Below the pieces are notes generated by a model, which did no database searches, had not been told where the DNA came from, and saw only the letters and a program-made list of their open reading frames with translations. A stretch of DNA of 64,000 nt from positions 3,348,001-3,412,000 of the forward strand of contig CATNEN010000011.1 of NCBI GenBank assembly GCA_950097015.1, in the 5' to 3' direction. Below are positions 25,513-36,123 of the stretch, in pieces. Made by a program: the position numbers and the translations under genes. Numbering within the stretch: the first letter of the stretch is position 1; each line of letters opens with the position of its first letter. The DNA is from Macrostomum hystrix (taxonomy: Eukaryota > Animalia > Platyhelminthes).

Positions 25513-27651
25513 ATGCAAGCTGATAAAGCTCAAACGAACATCGAAAGCGCTTATACAATGGCCCAGCTTGATAGGCCAAATCAGCATGCATCTTTGCATT
25601 GTGGTCACGGAAGGAAAACATTAAAACCTGATAAACGTCCTCGAAAGCTCACCACCAATACGTTCAAGCTGCTGATCAATGAGTTCAACGACTATGGCCA
25701 CAGAACGACTGTGCACGGACTGGGCCACATGTACCAGTCCACAGATATTCGACGGAAGTTCTTCTGGCTCGTCATCACCATCATCGGCTGCGTGGCCTGC
25801 GGAGTTCACATCTACTTTATCGTGGCCAACTACAATGAGACGCCAGTGAATTCCGTCATTCTGAACGGCGGAGTTCACGTCACATTTCCAGATGTGACGC
25901 TGTGCAACATGTACCCGATCTCAGAGTCCGTGCAGTACCACGGAGCCAAGGATATCCGGAGACATATGCGCAACAAATGGCAGTTCTTCCGCGGCTTCAT
26001 CAACGCCTCCACCGGACAGGAGAACAGCACCATTGACCGATTCAAGATGGCCAGGAAGTTCTTTCAGATCTTCTGGGCCTCCGAGGACACAAGAGACCTC
26101 GCTCACGACGATAATCTTTTCTTAGCGTACTGCCGGTACAAAAGACGCGAATGTACTGACGAGCACTTCAAAATGGTGCAGAATATTCTTTACTGGAACT
26201 GCTACACATTCACGCCAAAGTTCGAAGGTGAAGAAACAGAGGACAGGCGAGTGTACAGTGGTAATGAAGACGAAGGACTAAACCTAATCATTTATACCAA
26301 TTCCCATCTAAGAAGACTTCATGCGGATGACGGCTATACGACAGTCAAAGGCTTTCACTCACACGATAAATTTGGTCATCATAACACGGGTGAAGATCAT
26401 TCGAATTTTCTAGAACGCTACCTGATAAACTACAATCTGTCCCTTAATCAGCTGCTTGCAGGTGATAGGTTGGAGCCCGACGGTATTCGAGTGATTCTGC
26501 ACGAGAAGGGAACCTACCCGCACATGGACATGAACAGCGTGACTGTCGGCAACGGTGACTACTCAAACATCATCTTCTCGATGGAGCGCAAGATCTCGAA
26601 AAACCGGCCCGATCACCCGTGTCGAGAGACGTCCGATGAGTCCGATGAAGACGAGGTGGAGTATGTCTCCTACTACCCCGGGTTCGACATCAGGAACCCC
26701 GGACCGAAGCCGCCGCCCAACTTCAAGAAGTTCAAGCGCGATCGACTCGACTATGTGGTGGCTCGGACCCAGGAGCTGTTCTGGTCTAACTGCGGCTGCT
26801 ACACCCACGTGACGCCCTACCAGCACTTCAACTCCAAGTTGTGCTACTTCTGCAGAAACGGCACGGATCCCGTCGAGATCGATCGCACTCTCAAGCGAGT
26901 CGAATGCCACGACAAAGTCTACGAGAACCAGCTGAAGAAGAAAATCCTCACCTTCTTCACCGACTCGCAACGCTTCCAGCCGTGCACTGGCGACGACTAC
27001 AACGTGAAGATGGGTAGCTCTGCGTGGCCGAGTCAGCGGGACATTCACTTTCTCGTGAACCAGTACGTGATTCCCAAATTTCTAGACGAGAGTGTGGGCA
27101 ACCGATCGTACAACAGCATTCTGAAGAAGACCAGAGTCTTTCCCATTCGCGACATCATCGAGGCGATTCCCGAAAATGTGATCGGCTCAAAATCCAGCTC
27201 AAAGTCGTTCAACTGGACTGCTCAAGAGTTTCTCATTCGCAAGAGCTTCTTGAAGGTGGCCATCCATGCGGACAGTCCGACTGGAGCACTCAACGAGGAG
27301 GTCGAGAGCTACTCGTTCGCCGAGGCTCTCTCCGAGATCGGGGGCATCTTCGGGCTCTACGCCGGCGTGTCGCTGCTGACTTTCTTCGAGTTCGTAGAGC
27401 TCGCCTACCTTATGGCCACGAAGCCGAAGGAAGTCAAGCTGCAGGAGTTGGACGGCAAGTCCAAGTTCGCGATGCTGCAGCAGGCCATGGTCGAGGACGA
27501 GCTGCCGCAGAGCGAACTGCACAAGTACAAGCAGCTGTTCGATCACGGCAACTGCTGCTCGAGGGCCTCTGCGGGCGCGGCGCACCAGTGCAAGAACCTC
27601 ATCCTGGAAGCTGAAAGAGAAGACTCAGAACGAGGACATGCTTTTTTATAG
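25513..27651 (+). CDS. DEG/ENaC (amiloride-sensitive sodium channel family) subunit, intronless CDS, copy A, about 712 aa
   Basis: N-terminal HG motif (TTVHGLGH), TM1, FPDVTLCN, NCYTF, GLNLIIY...GIRVILH, thumb cysteines, and TM2 ALSEIGGIFGLYAGVSLLTFFEF with a GxS filter. The first ATG is 25513 (the ORF track starts at a GTG). Confidence 0.95.
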   Translation: MQADKAQTNIESAYTMAQLDRPNQHASLHCGHGRKTLKPDKRPRKLTTNTFKLLINEFNDYGHRTTVHGLGHMYQSTDIRRKFFWLVITIIGCVACGVHIYFIVANYNETPVNSVILNGGVHVTFPDVTLCNMYPISESVQYHGAKDIRRHMRNKWQFFRGFINASTGQENSTIDRFKMARKFFQIFWASEDTRDLAHDDNLFLAYCRYKRRECTDEHFKMVQNILYWNCYTFTPKFEGEETEDRRVYSGNEDEGLNLIIYTNSHLRRLHADDGYTTVKGFHSHDKFGHHNTGEDHSNFLERYLINYNLSLNQLLAGDRLEPDGIRVILHEKGTYPHMDMNSVTVGNGDYSNIIFSMERKISKNRPDHPCRETSDESDEDEVEYVSYYPGFDIRNPGPKPPPNFKKFKRDRLDYVVARTQELFWSNCGCYTHVTPYQHFNSKLCYFCRNGTDPVEIDRTLKRVECHDKVYENQLKKKILTFFTDSQRFQPCTGDDYNVKMGSSAWPSQRDIHFLVNQYVIPKFLDESVGNRSYNSILKKTRVFPIRDIIEAIPENVIGSKSSSKSFNWTAQEFLIRKSFLKVAIHADSPTGALNEEVESYSFAEALSEIGGIFGLYAGVSLLTFFEFVELAYLMATKPKEVKLQELDGKSKFAMLQQAMVEDELPQSELHKYKQLFDHGNCCSRASAGAAHQCKNLILEAEREDSERGHAFL

Positions 27652-28189
27652 ACCGTATGTCTGGCATTGCTTGGAATATTTTTTTACCAAAATTCACTGT
27701 CGTTGTGATCGTACTGAAGCGGAATTACTGCTGATTTAGGTGGCTAAGTAGCTTAGACGTTTATATCGTGTTATATTTTATTTTCGAAGCAGAACATTTT
27801 ATGCTTGATATAAAAAATTTATTATACATGCTTTTGCCATTTTTTGTGTTGTTGATGAACATTTTTTTTTATTCGAGTTGATTTGCACAGTCTGAAAAGT
27901 GTACTATCAGTAGTACGCAATGAATAAGGCTTAATTCCTACATCGAAATTAGCAATTGGCAATTGGGTAACATAAAGTTAGCCCATAGACCGTACTTATG
28001 GAAATAAAAACAAACTGCTGATGGTCTGCAGTTGGGGATAACCAGTTCCGGTGACTTTCTGAGATGCGTTTCGCCGTTTTGTCACGTGCCACCGATCAGT
28101 AAGGACTCGAGAAAGGTTAGGGCTCGCTTGAAAACAAATCTTTTTGACATGGGTGCTCGCAAAATGCGGACACAATTGAGCAAAACATC

Positions 28190-28375
28190 TCTGTGGCTCT
28201 GTGGTTCTGTGGTTCTGTTCTGTGGCTCTGTCGTTCTGTGATATGTGGCTCTGTGGCTCTGTGGCTCTGTGGCTCTGTAGTTCTGTGGTTCTGTGGTTCT
28301 GTGGTTCGGTGGCTCAGTGGTTCTGGGTTCTGTTTTTCTGTGGCTCTGTGGTTCCGTGGTTCTGTGGTTTTGAGG
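28190..28375. repeat. 8-bp simple repeat (CTGTGGYT)n
   Basis: Tandem CTGTGGCT/CTGTGGTT units. Confidence 0.9.
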
Positions 28376-28984
28376 ATCATTTTGGTTCTGTAATAATTTT
28401 TGGTTCAGACCACATAAAATAATAATTTAGGCTGCTTATAGCTCTTTCTGTGGTCGCTTCTATGCTCATATTGCACCACAGAATATCGGATATTCTGTGC
28501 ATTGGTCTGATGTTTTTTGTACAGAAATAATATCTTACAGTTGAAGGGACGAAGTTACATAAAAAAGTTTTCAGTTGAAAATTCAGCAGCTTACACAGGG
28601 TAAGGCTTACTCCGCATGGAAAACACATTTCAACCTTCTAAACGGGGTCTAGAGTTGATGGAAAACTCAAATAGGCTCTTCCTTGGAAAGCGTGTTCTTT
28701 AATAAGGCCTGTCCATTTTTGCAAGCTTTAAAAAGTCCATAGCTACTACGTTTGAGTTTGTGTTTGGCAACGCAACAGACTGTGAGGAAAATGGCTGTGC
28801 GATTGTTGAGGCAGAATGCTAAATAATTGAATAATTAAACCACGGAGGCCCCACTCAAATTTCTGCAAGCAGGTGACAATTCTCATAATAAAAAGGGGTG
28901 AAAATGTCGTGAAAGCCAAACTTCTGGAAACTCAGCCACTTAAAACTAACAAGGCAGGCAGCAGCCAGGCGACAGGCCAAGACG

Positions 28985-29731
28985 ATGCACCCAATCCTAC
29001 TCTACATTGTGAGCAGTGCCGCAGCCTTCTGTTCTCTGGCCTTTCAAACCAGTCTGAACTTCTCGGAGACGACCGCACCGCTGTGCATTCAGAGCCAGTT
29101 CGTTGAGACTCCTACCGGTGTGCGCAGCGACATGGAATGCGCAGTCCGATGCGCCAGGAACGATCGCTGCCAGGCCTTCAGTCTGCACTTTGGACCCTGC
29201 CAACTGTTCGTGTTCGACAAGTGCAGCAAGAATGTGCGCGACTGTGGCGTCTGCAACCGCTCAGGTCGACTGTACATCAAGCAGCAGGTCGGACTGCCAG
29301 CAGGAGCGCTGTGCCCTAGCGGATTCTCTGACGACCTGTGCGGCGCAAAGTACAAGCTGGTGGCCGGCACGAGCTGGAACGCGTACAAGACTGTCGCCGA
29401 TGCTCAGCCGGGACTCGTCATCATGGCCGACGTGATGGACGCGACCGAGTGGTCTCACCTGCTGAATATTACGATCAGGATGGGTTGGACTCTTGAGATG
29501 TTCGGCGGCATGCAGGCTCCGGGAAGTCCCGAGCCAGCAGAAGGCTGGTACTGGGTGAGCTGCAACATCCCCCTCAGCGGCACCAGCAGCCTCTGGCGGG
29601 GCGGGGAGCCAAACAATGTGGGTGGAAGCGAAAACTACGTGTTAGGAAATCGTGTGAAATTACTGGACGGCACTGAATTTCATTCGTCAGTGAATGGCGG
29701 CTTCTTGGAGTGCGTTTCGCCGTTTGATTAA
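28985..29731 (+). CDS. Secreted PAN/apple + C-type lectin domain protein, intronless, 248 aa
   Basis: Signal-peptide-like N-terminus. PAN-type ECAVRCARNDRCQAFSL...CQLF. CTLD features CPSGF, WYW, and WRGGEPNN (EPN) followed by EN. Confidence 0.8.
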   Translation: MHPILLYIVSSAAAFCSLAFQTSLNFSETTAPLCIQSQFVETPTGVRSDMECAVRCARNDRCQAFSLHFGPCQLFVFDKCSKNVRDCGVCNRSGRLYIKQQVGLPAGALCPSGFSDDLCGAKYKLVAGTSWNAYKTVADAQPGLVIMADVMDATEWSHLLNITIRMGWTLEMFGGMQAPGSPEPAEGWYWVSCNIPLSGTSSLWRGGEPNNVGGSENYVLGNRVKLLDGTEFHSSVNGGFLECVSPFD

Positions 29732-30439
29732 TTGACACTTGATGTTTGACTACTTTACAAATGGAAATATTTCGATTTCCACAGCTTTGCTTCTGCCTTT
29801 GAAAATGCACAAAAATCCACTCTTCTGATCGACAGTCGACTTTAACTTTGTTAAAGTTACGGCTGTCTCTCATGCCTCACACTTAAGATGATAGTTCCTA
29901 ATGTTTTTGTCGACGTTTTAAACTATACTTTACGACAGGCATCGGGAAAAAAACAAAAGAACTTACCTCTTACCTCTTTGCTTGCCAGAATAAATTTTAA
30001 ATGACTAGGTTTCGTCTTTAGATTCTTTAGAGCTATGGTTAAAATATTTTTTTCTTTTCTCATTGTTAGGCAGTGTTCAGTCTCATTGTGCCTTTAAGCT
30101 TGGTTATTTCATGGTTATTATTTCATTTAAAACTACAAGTAAAACTGCTAGCATCATAATTACGCAAATCACTTAAAAGCATCCTCTTGGCAACTCGTAC
30201 CAGCTCATAAAACATCGTATGGTTTTCCCGAAAGGGTCTCGGAAGGGCCCACGCACACGAGTGGCCAATCTGCAGCCCAAAGTCAACAATTGTCAACATC
30301 GTGTTGACAAATGTACTAAGTCTATATCGGGTGTCCTAGGTCTCCCTGCGACTACAAATGTAAATCTGGCAAAGTTTAGTTATGTTCGAAGAGTGTAGCA
30401 TTCTAGAGGTGAGGCATTGAGTGGCAGATCAGTATAACA

Positions 30440-30748
30440 CATTTGCCTCTCGCACCAAGCTCCCTGAACTCGATTCCGTGACGAGGCCACATTAATTTGG
30501 GGCCGCAGTCCAAGGTTCAACTTGCAAGGCACTGCAGTAACTGCCTGACGATGAGAAAGTCAGGGCAGATGTACACACCTGTGTGAACGTGCACAGGTGT
30601 AGATATATTACACATACGGTATCTGTGTGTGTATGCTCAGGAGTCAGCGAAATGGGCAGAATTGCCTCCTCGCTGGCTGCAGGGCAAGTGTAACAAAATA
30701 ATGTGCCATTGCCTGCAGCCCTCCTGCAATTATATTATTATTATTATC
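30440..30748 (+). mobile_element. Dispersed repeat copy (AAAGTCAGGGCAGATGTACAC family) ending in (TAT)n
   Basis: Aligns by eye with 55535-55760 and 13055-13220. 3' tail TATTATTATTATTAT. Confidence 0.65.
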
Positions 30749-31892
30749 ATTCTAAAAGTAAGTTTGGGGTCATATCTCGAATTGTTGTAGCGGGAAGAGC
30801 GATCAACGATAGGAACAAAACAAATCTACTGCCCCACTTCTAACAGGCGCCATGCAGCACACCCTGATTGTTAGTGTAACCTTAATCTGCAACCTAAAAA
30901 CTGTTTGGTGTAACTGGGGGCATAAAAACCTGACTTGCTTCAATCGATTGCATAGTTATATTATCTAGGTCCGTTATCTAGCCCGAATCTCCCAGCACAG
31001 GGAAGTTAGAAGAGGGGGCGCAATGTTGAAAGCAAAGCAACCAGACAGACAGATGGTTACGTATGCTTTATAGACTGAATACTGCAGTGGGAATGTTCAT
31101 GCCCAAAATACCTTGGCCAGGTGAATCACCATGCAGGCCGCAGGTGGAATCCACTGGTGTTTGGCGGGCAACGAAAACAAGTCCAGGGCAGCAACTAACA
31201 GCGGCTTACAGGCCCATTACATAATCGATCAATCACGCGCATGGTCTGACCACACAATATCCCGAAATTCTCTCTTTTCTTCTAGTGCAGCCTCCATTCT
31301 ACATTTGTACGATTTCTCTGTTAAATGCATTTATTCAACCAGGGTAAACCAGCACCTCTCATAGTTATTACCGCTAATTCTACTTGAGAGCTCTCTTATG
31401 TGGCGTCGCGCACTAGCCTGTAGACTGAGTGAGTATTTACTGAGGCCTAAGTTTTTGCAAACTTGGGTCCTAAAATATCAGTTTGTCAGCTAAATTAGAA
31501 AATATTTAGCCTCTTAAACAAAATCATTAGATTTTCTACCTTAACATAAAATTCTTCCAATTTAGTTATTTATGCCTTGAAAAGCTCAGAACATAGACAG
31601 AACACAGAAAAAACTGAATTGATTCCGCATCTTCATGCAAATTACAAGTATTAATCACAATTAAGAAAGTTGGTACACTTGCAGTTTATATAGCAAGTTA
31701 TAGTCAGCAGTTAAAAATCGTGTAACGCAAAGGAAAATATTAGGGCACATGAATATATAGAAGGCACTGTACACTCACAACATGCATTAGATCCAGGAAA
31801 CAACAGTTTAAAAAGGCTGGGAAGATCGCCACTTTATTTTGTTGATTTTCAGTCTTTCAAATAAAAATGATGATTCATTTGTAGAACATCAG

Positions 31893-34127
31893 TCAAGCCA
31901 CAATGACCGGACGTCGAACAGAACCATCCCTTTCAGCTTCCAGGATGAGGTTCTTGCACTGGTGCGCCGCGCCCGCAGAGGCCCTCGAGCAGCAGTTGCC
32001 GTGATCGAACAGCTGCTTGTACTTGTGCAGTTCGCTCTGCGGCAGCTCGTCCTCGACCATGGCCTGCTGCAGCATCGCGAACTTGGACTTGCCGTCCAAC
32101 TCCTGCAGCTTGACTTCCTTCGGCTTCGTGGCCATAAGGTAGGCGAGCTCTACGAACTCGAAGAAAGTCAGCAGCGACACGCCGGCGTAGAGCCCGAAGA
32201 TGCCCCCGATCTCGGAGAGAGCCTCGGCGAACGAGTAGCTCTCGACCTCCTCGTTGAGTGCTCCAGTCGGACTGTCCGCATGGATGGCCACCTTCAAGAA
32301 GCTCTTGCGAATGAGAAACTCTTGAGCAGTCCAGTTGAACGACTTTGAGCTGGATTTTGAGCCGATCACATTTTCGGGAATCGCCTCGATGATGTCGCGA
32401 ATGGGAAAGACTCTGGTCTTCTTCAGAATGCTGTTGTACGATCGGTTGCCCACACTCTCGTCTAGAAATTTGGGAATCACGTACTGGTTCACGAGAAAGT
32501 GAATGTCCCGCTGACTCGGCCACGCAGAGCTACCCATCTTCACGTTGTAGTCGTCGCCAGTGCACGGCTGGAAGCGTTGCGAGTCGGTGAAGAAGGTGAG
32601 GATTTTCTTCTTCAGCTGGTTCTCGTAGACTTTGTCGTGGCATTCGACTCGCTTGAGAGTGCGATCGATCTCGACGGGATCCGTGCCGTTTCTGCAGAAG
32701 TAGCACAACTTGGAGTTGAAGTGCTGGTAGGGCGTCACGTGGGTGTAGCAGCCGCAGTTAGACCAGAACAGCTCCTGGGTCCGAGCCACCACATAGTCGA
32801 GTCGATCGCGCTTGAACTTCTTGAAGTTGGGCGGCGGCTTCGGTCCGGGGTTCCTGATGTCGAACCCGGGGTAGTAGGAGACATACTCCACCTCGTCTTC
32901 ATCGGACTCATCGGACGTCTCTCGACACGGGTGATCGGGCCGGTTTTTCGAGATCTTGCGCTCCATCGAGAAGATGATGTTTGAGTAGTCCCCGTTGCCG
33001 ACAGTCACGCTGTTCATGTCCATGTGCGGGTAGGTTCCCTTCTCGTGCAGAATCACTCGAATACCGTCGGGCTCCATCTTGTCTCCCGCCAGCAACTGGT
33101 TCAATGAGAGATTGTAGTTTATGAGGTAGCGTTCTAGAAAATTCGAACGATATCCACCAGAGTCTTGACCGTCGCGGCGTTGGCTGTAAAAGCCATTAGT
33201 TGTGGTCAAGCCATTGCTCGCATGAATTTTTCTCAGGTGCGAGTTCGTGTACAGGATGAGGTTCAGACCTTCATCCTCGTTGCCACTGTACACTCGCCTG
33301 TCTTCTTCTTCCTCGCCTTCAAATTTGGGCGTAAAGGTATAGCAGTTCCAATAGTCAATGTTCTGCACCATTTTAAACTGCTCATTGGAGCAAACCCTGC
33401 TTTTGTAAGTGCAATCGACAAGGAAAAGATCATCGTCGTGAGCGAGGTCTCTTGTGTCCTCGGAGGCCCAGAAGATCTGAAAGAACTTCCTGGCCATCTT
33501 GAATCGGTCAATGGTGCTGTTCTCCTGTCCGGTGGAGGCGTTGATGAAGCCGCGGAAGAACTGCCATTTGTTGCGCATATGTCTCCGGATATCCTTGGCT
33601 CCGTGGTACTGCACGGACTCTGAGATCGGGTACATGTTGCACAGCGTCACATCTGGAAATGTGACGTGAACTCCGCCGTTCAGAATGACGGAATTCACTG
33701 GCGTCTCATTGTAGTTGGCCACGATAAAGTAGATGTGAACTCCGCAGGCCACGCAGCCGATGATGGTGATGACGAGCCAGAAGAACTTCCGTCGAATATC
33801 TGTGGACTGGTACATGTGGCCCAGTCCGTGCACTGTCGTTCTATGGCCATAGTCGTTGAACTCGTTGATCAGCATCTTTAAAGTTTCTGTGGACTTTTTT
33901 TTCCTTCGATTGGTTTGCTGTTGTCTAGGGAGCATTGTCTGGGCTGGATGATGTGCAGCAGGCTGCTGACCGGACATGTCTGAAGCTAGTGCCGTGGACT
34001 CAGGTGCAGTCGTCTCCATCTGTTGCTTCGCGGTATTGACTCTCGATACTTCTCTTTGATCCCCATTCTCAAGTTTTTCATTTTTGTTGTCATAGTTTAC
34101 AGCACCGACGCCCTGATGCAGCTGCAT
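31893..34127 (-). CDS. DEG/ENaC subunit, intronless CDS, copy B (inverted paralog of copy A), 744 aa
   Basis: Same motifs as copy A. Most of the protein is identical to A. The N-terminus, extreme C-terminus and one extracellular block differ. Confidence 0.95.
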   Translation of the reverse strand: MQLHQGVGAVNYDNKNEKLENGDQREVSRVNTAKQQMETTAPESTALASDMSGQQPAAHHPAQTMLPRQQQTNRRKKKSTETLKMLINEFNDYGHRTTVHGLGHMYQSTDIRRKFFWLVITIIGCVACGVHIYFIVANYNETPVNSVILNGGVHVTFPDVTLCNMYPISESVQYHGAKDIRRHMRNKWQFFRGFINASTGQENSTIDRFKMARKFFQIFWASEDTRDLAHDDDLFLVDCTYKSRVCSNEQFKMVQNIDYWNCYTFTPKFEGEEEEDRRVYSGNEDEGLNLILYTNSHLRKIHASNGLTTTNGFYSQRRDGQDSGGYRSNFLERYLINYNLSLNQLLAGDKMEPDGIRVILHEKGTYPHMDMNSVTVGNGDYSNIIFSMERKISKNRPDHPCRETSDESDEDEVEYVSYYPGFDIRNPGPKPPPNFKKFKRDRLDYVVARTQELFWSNCGCYTHVTPYQHFNSKLCYFCRNGTDPVEIDRTLKRVECHDKVYENQLKKKILTFFTDSQRFQPCTGDDYNVKMGSSAWPSQRDIHFLVNQYVIPKFLDESVGNRSYNSILKKTRVFPIRDIIEAIPENVIGSKSSSKSFNWTAQEFLIRKSFLKVAIHADSPTGALNEEVESYSFAEALSEIGGIFGLYAGVSLLTFFEFVELAYLMATKPKEVKLQELDGKSKFAMLQQAMVEDELPQSELHKYKQLFDHGNCCSRASAGAAHQCKNLILEAERDGSVRRPVIVA

Positions 34128-34883
34128 GTCAATTTTTTGGTGTGCCGCTGTTTGTTTACTGTAGGCGTGGAAATGGTTAATTTTTGCTGCCTTTATTTCG
34201 GGGTTTTCGTCAGCGGTCTAAAATTGTTTCGTTCAGGTGCTTGTTTCATCCCTTATTGAAGTCGTTTTGGCGATGCGTGCATGGACCAATGCGGCTCTAG
34301 GGATCAGATGCGAGCGAGATTCGCTTCTTGGGATTGGTAGGTCAAAGCTTAATTTCACTTGACTGTGCAAATCAAGGTAGAAAAAGCAGACAGTTTCTGA
34401 CATGGCGTCTGCGTACACAATTGCACTTTTACAGTAAAGCTGTCATCAAATTGATAAATGCCTTTAAATATAAATTATTTATAAGTAATTAAACAGCCAA
34501 TTGATATTTGAAGGCAGATTTCCATAAAATTGTAATGCTAGCTCGTTTATCAAGGAGGTCAGAGATGAATAAAAAGTTTTCGAACCTGAAGAAATAATAT
34601 TTTTCAGGCTGAAGTAGGTCATTTTCCCGCTATCTATATAGTTCGTTAAGTAACTTTGTACAGAATCAATTCATTGCGCACAAAAATGTTAGGAAATCTG
34701 TCATTTTCATTTTCCTTTATCTCTGCCTGCAGGGATTAAAGCGCATTTTACTGCACAATGCACTTGAACCAACTGGCTAGGGTTACTATAGAGACTACTA
34801 TACTATAGATTGATAGAAGGTTTGTTTGTCTGGCGAAAAATATTGTTTTGGATCATTAGCATTCAGGGAGAATAAGAATAAGG

Positions 34884-35527
34884 GAGGTAAGTGGCTGATG
34901 CGGCCTGAGGTAAGTGACTGAGCCTGAGGTAAGGGACTGAGCCTGAGGTAAGTGACTGAGCCTGAGGTAAGTGACTGAGCCTGAGGTAAGTGACTGAGCC
35001 TGAGGTAAGTGACTGAGCCTGAGGTAAGTGGCTGAATGAGGCCTGAGGTAAGTGGCTGAATGCGGCCTGAGGTAAGTGACTGAGCCTGAGGTAAGTGGCT
35101 GAATGAGGCCTGAGGTAAGTGGCTGAATGCGGCCTGAGGTAAGTGACTGAGCCTGAGGTAAGTGGCTGAATGAGGCCTGAGGTAAGTGACTGAATGAGGC
35201 CTGAGGTAAGTGGCTGAATGCGGCCTGAGGTAAGTGGCTGAATGAGGCCTGAGGTAAGTGACTGAACCTGAGTTAACTGGCTGAATGAGGCCTGAGGTAA
35301 CTGGCTGAATGCGGCCTGAGGTAAGTGGCTGAATGCGGCCTGAGGTAACTGGCTGAATGAGGCCTGAGGTAAGTGGCTGAATGCGGCCTGAGGTAACTGG
35401 CTGAATGAGGCCTGAGGTAAGTGGCTGAATGCGGCCTGAGGTAACTGGCTGAATGCGGCCTGAGGTAACTGGCTGAATGAGGCCTGAGGTAACTGGCTGA
35501 ATGCGGCCTGAGGTAACTGGCTGAATG
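34884..35527. repeat. 19/24-bp minisatellite, about 29 units, each containing GAGGTAAGT or GAGGTAACT
   Basis: Units CCTGAGGTAAGTGACTGAG and CCTGAGGTAAGTGGCTGAATG(C/A)GG. Confidence 0.95.
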
Positions 35528-36123
35528 AGACCTAATTAAGGGCCACATCAAATTTAGAAATGTAATAGAACGCAAAATGCTAAAAGCGAGTTGTCCCGAT
35601 CAAATCTAAAAAATAAGCTGCCCTACCCAGGCAGACAATGTGGCGCAACGGAAATTCCCCGCTAATTATCTGCAGCTGCAGCAAGTCCTGCCGTAGCAAC
35701 CACTTAAAAGTTGAAAACAACGCAGGGCAGTCATACGTACCCTCTGTTTGCCTCAGGTGCAGTCGCAGCATGGAAACTATTGTTATATGAACTTCATAGT
35801 ACAGAATGCACAGCATACACTACTAGCTTGGTGGCTGCATGGAATTCGTGATCGAAAGAATCAAGGGAAAAAAACTCATTGCGCCATTAGAAAGCGGTGG
35901 AAGCGTTTTCTCCTTCACTCCAACTGTAGGAAATGTCTGATAAAAGTTCAGCGTAGGCCATGGATTTATGGCATCTATCTAGACATAAAAAATTATGGAT
36001 TAGTCTGAACTACGCGCGTAGTTCGCACCGATTTGAATTCCGTGATAAATTTTATTCCGGAAAATTTTAGTTATTTCAATCTCGATTTTGAGGCACAGGT
36101 TTTAGCCAAGAATATAAAACAGC

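Noticed and set aside
26555-33881. Antisense and off-frame ORFs of 85-196 aa over the DEG/ENaC genes
   Set aside because: Shadows of GC-rich codon usage. They are duplicated only because the genes are.
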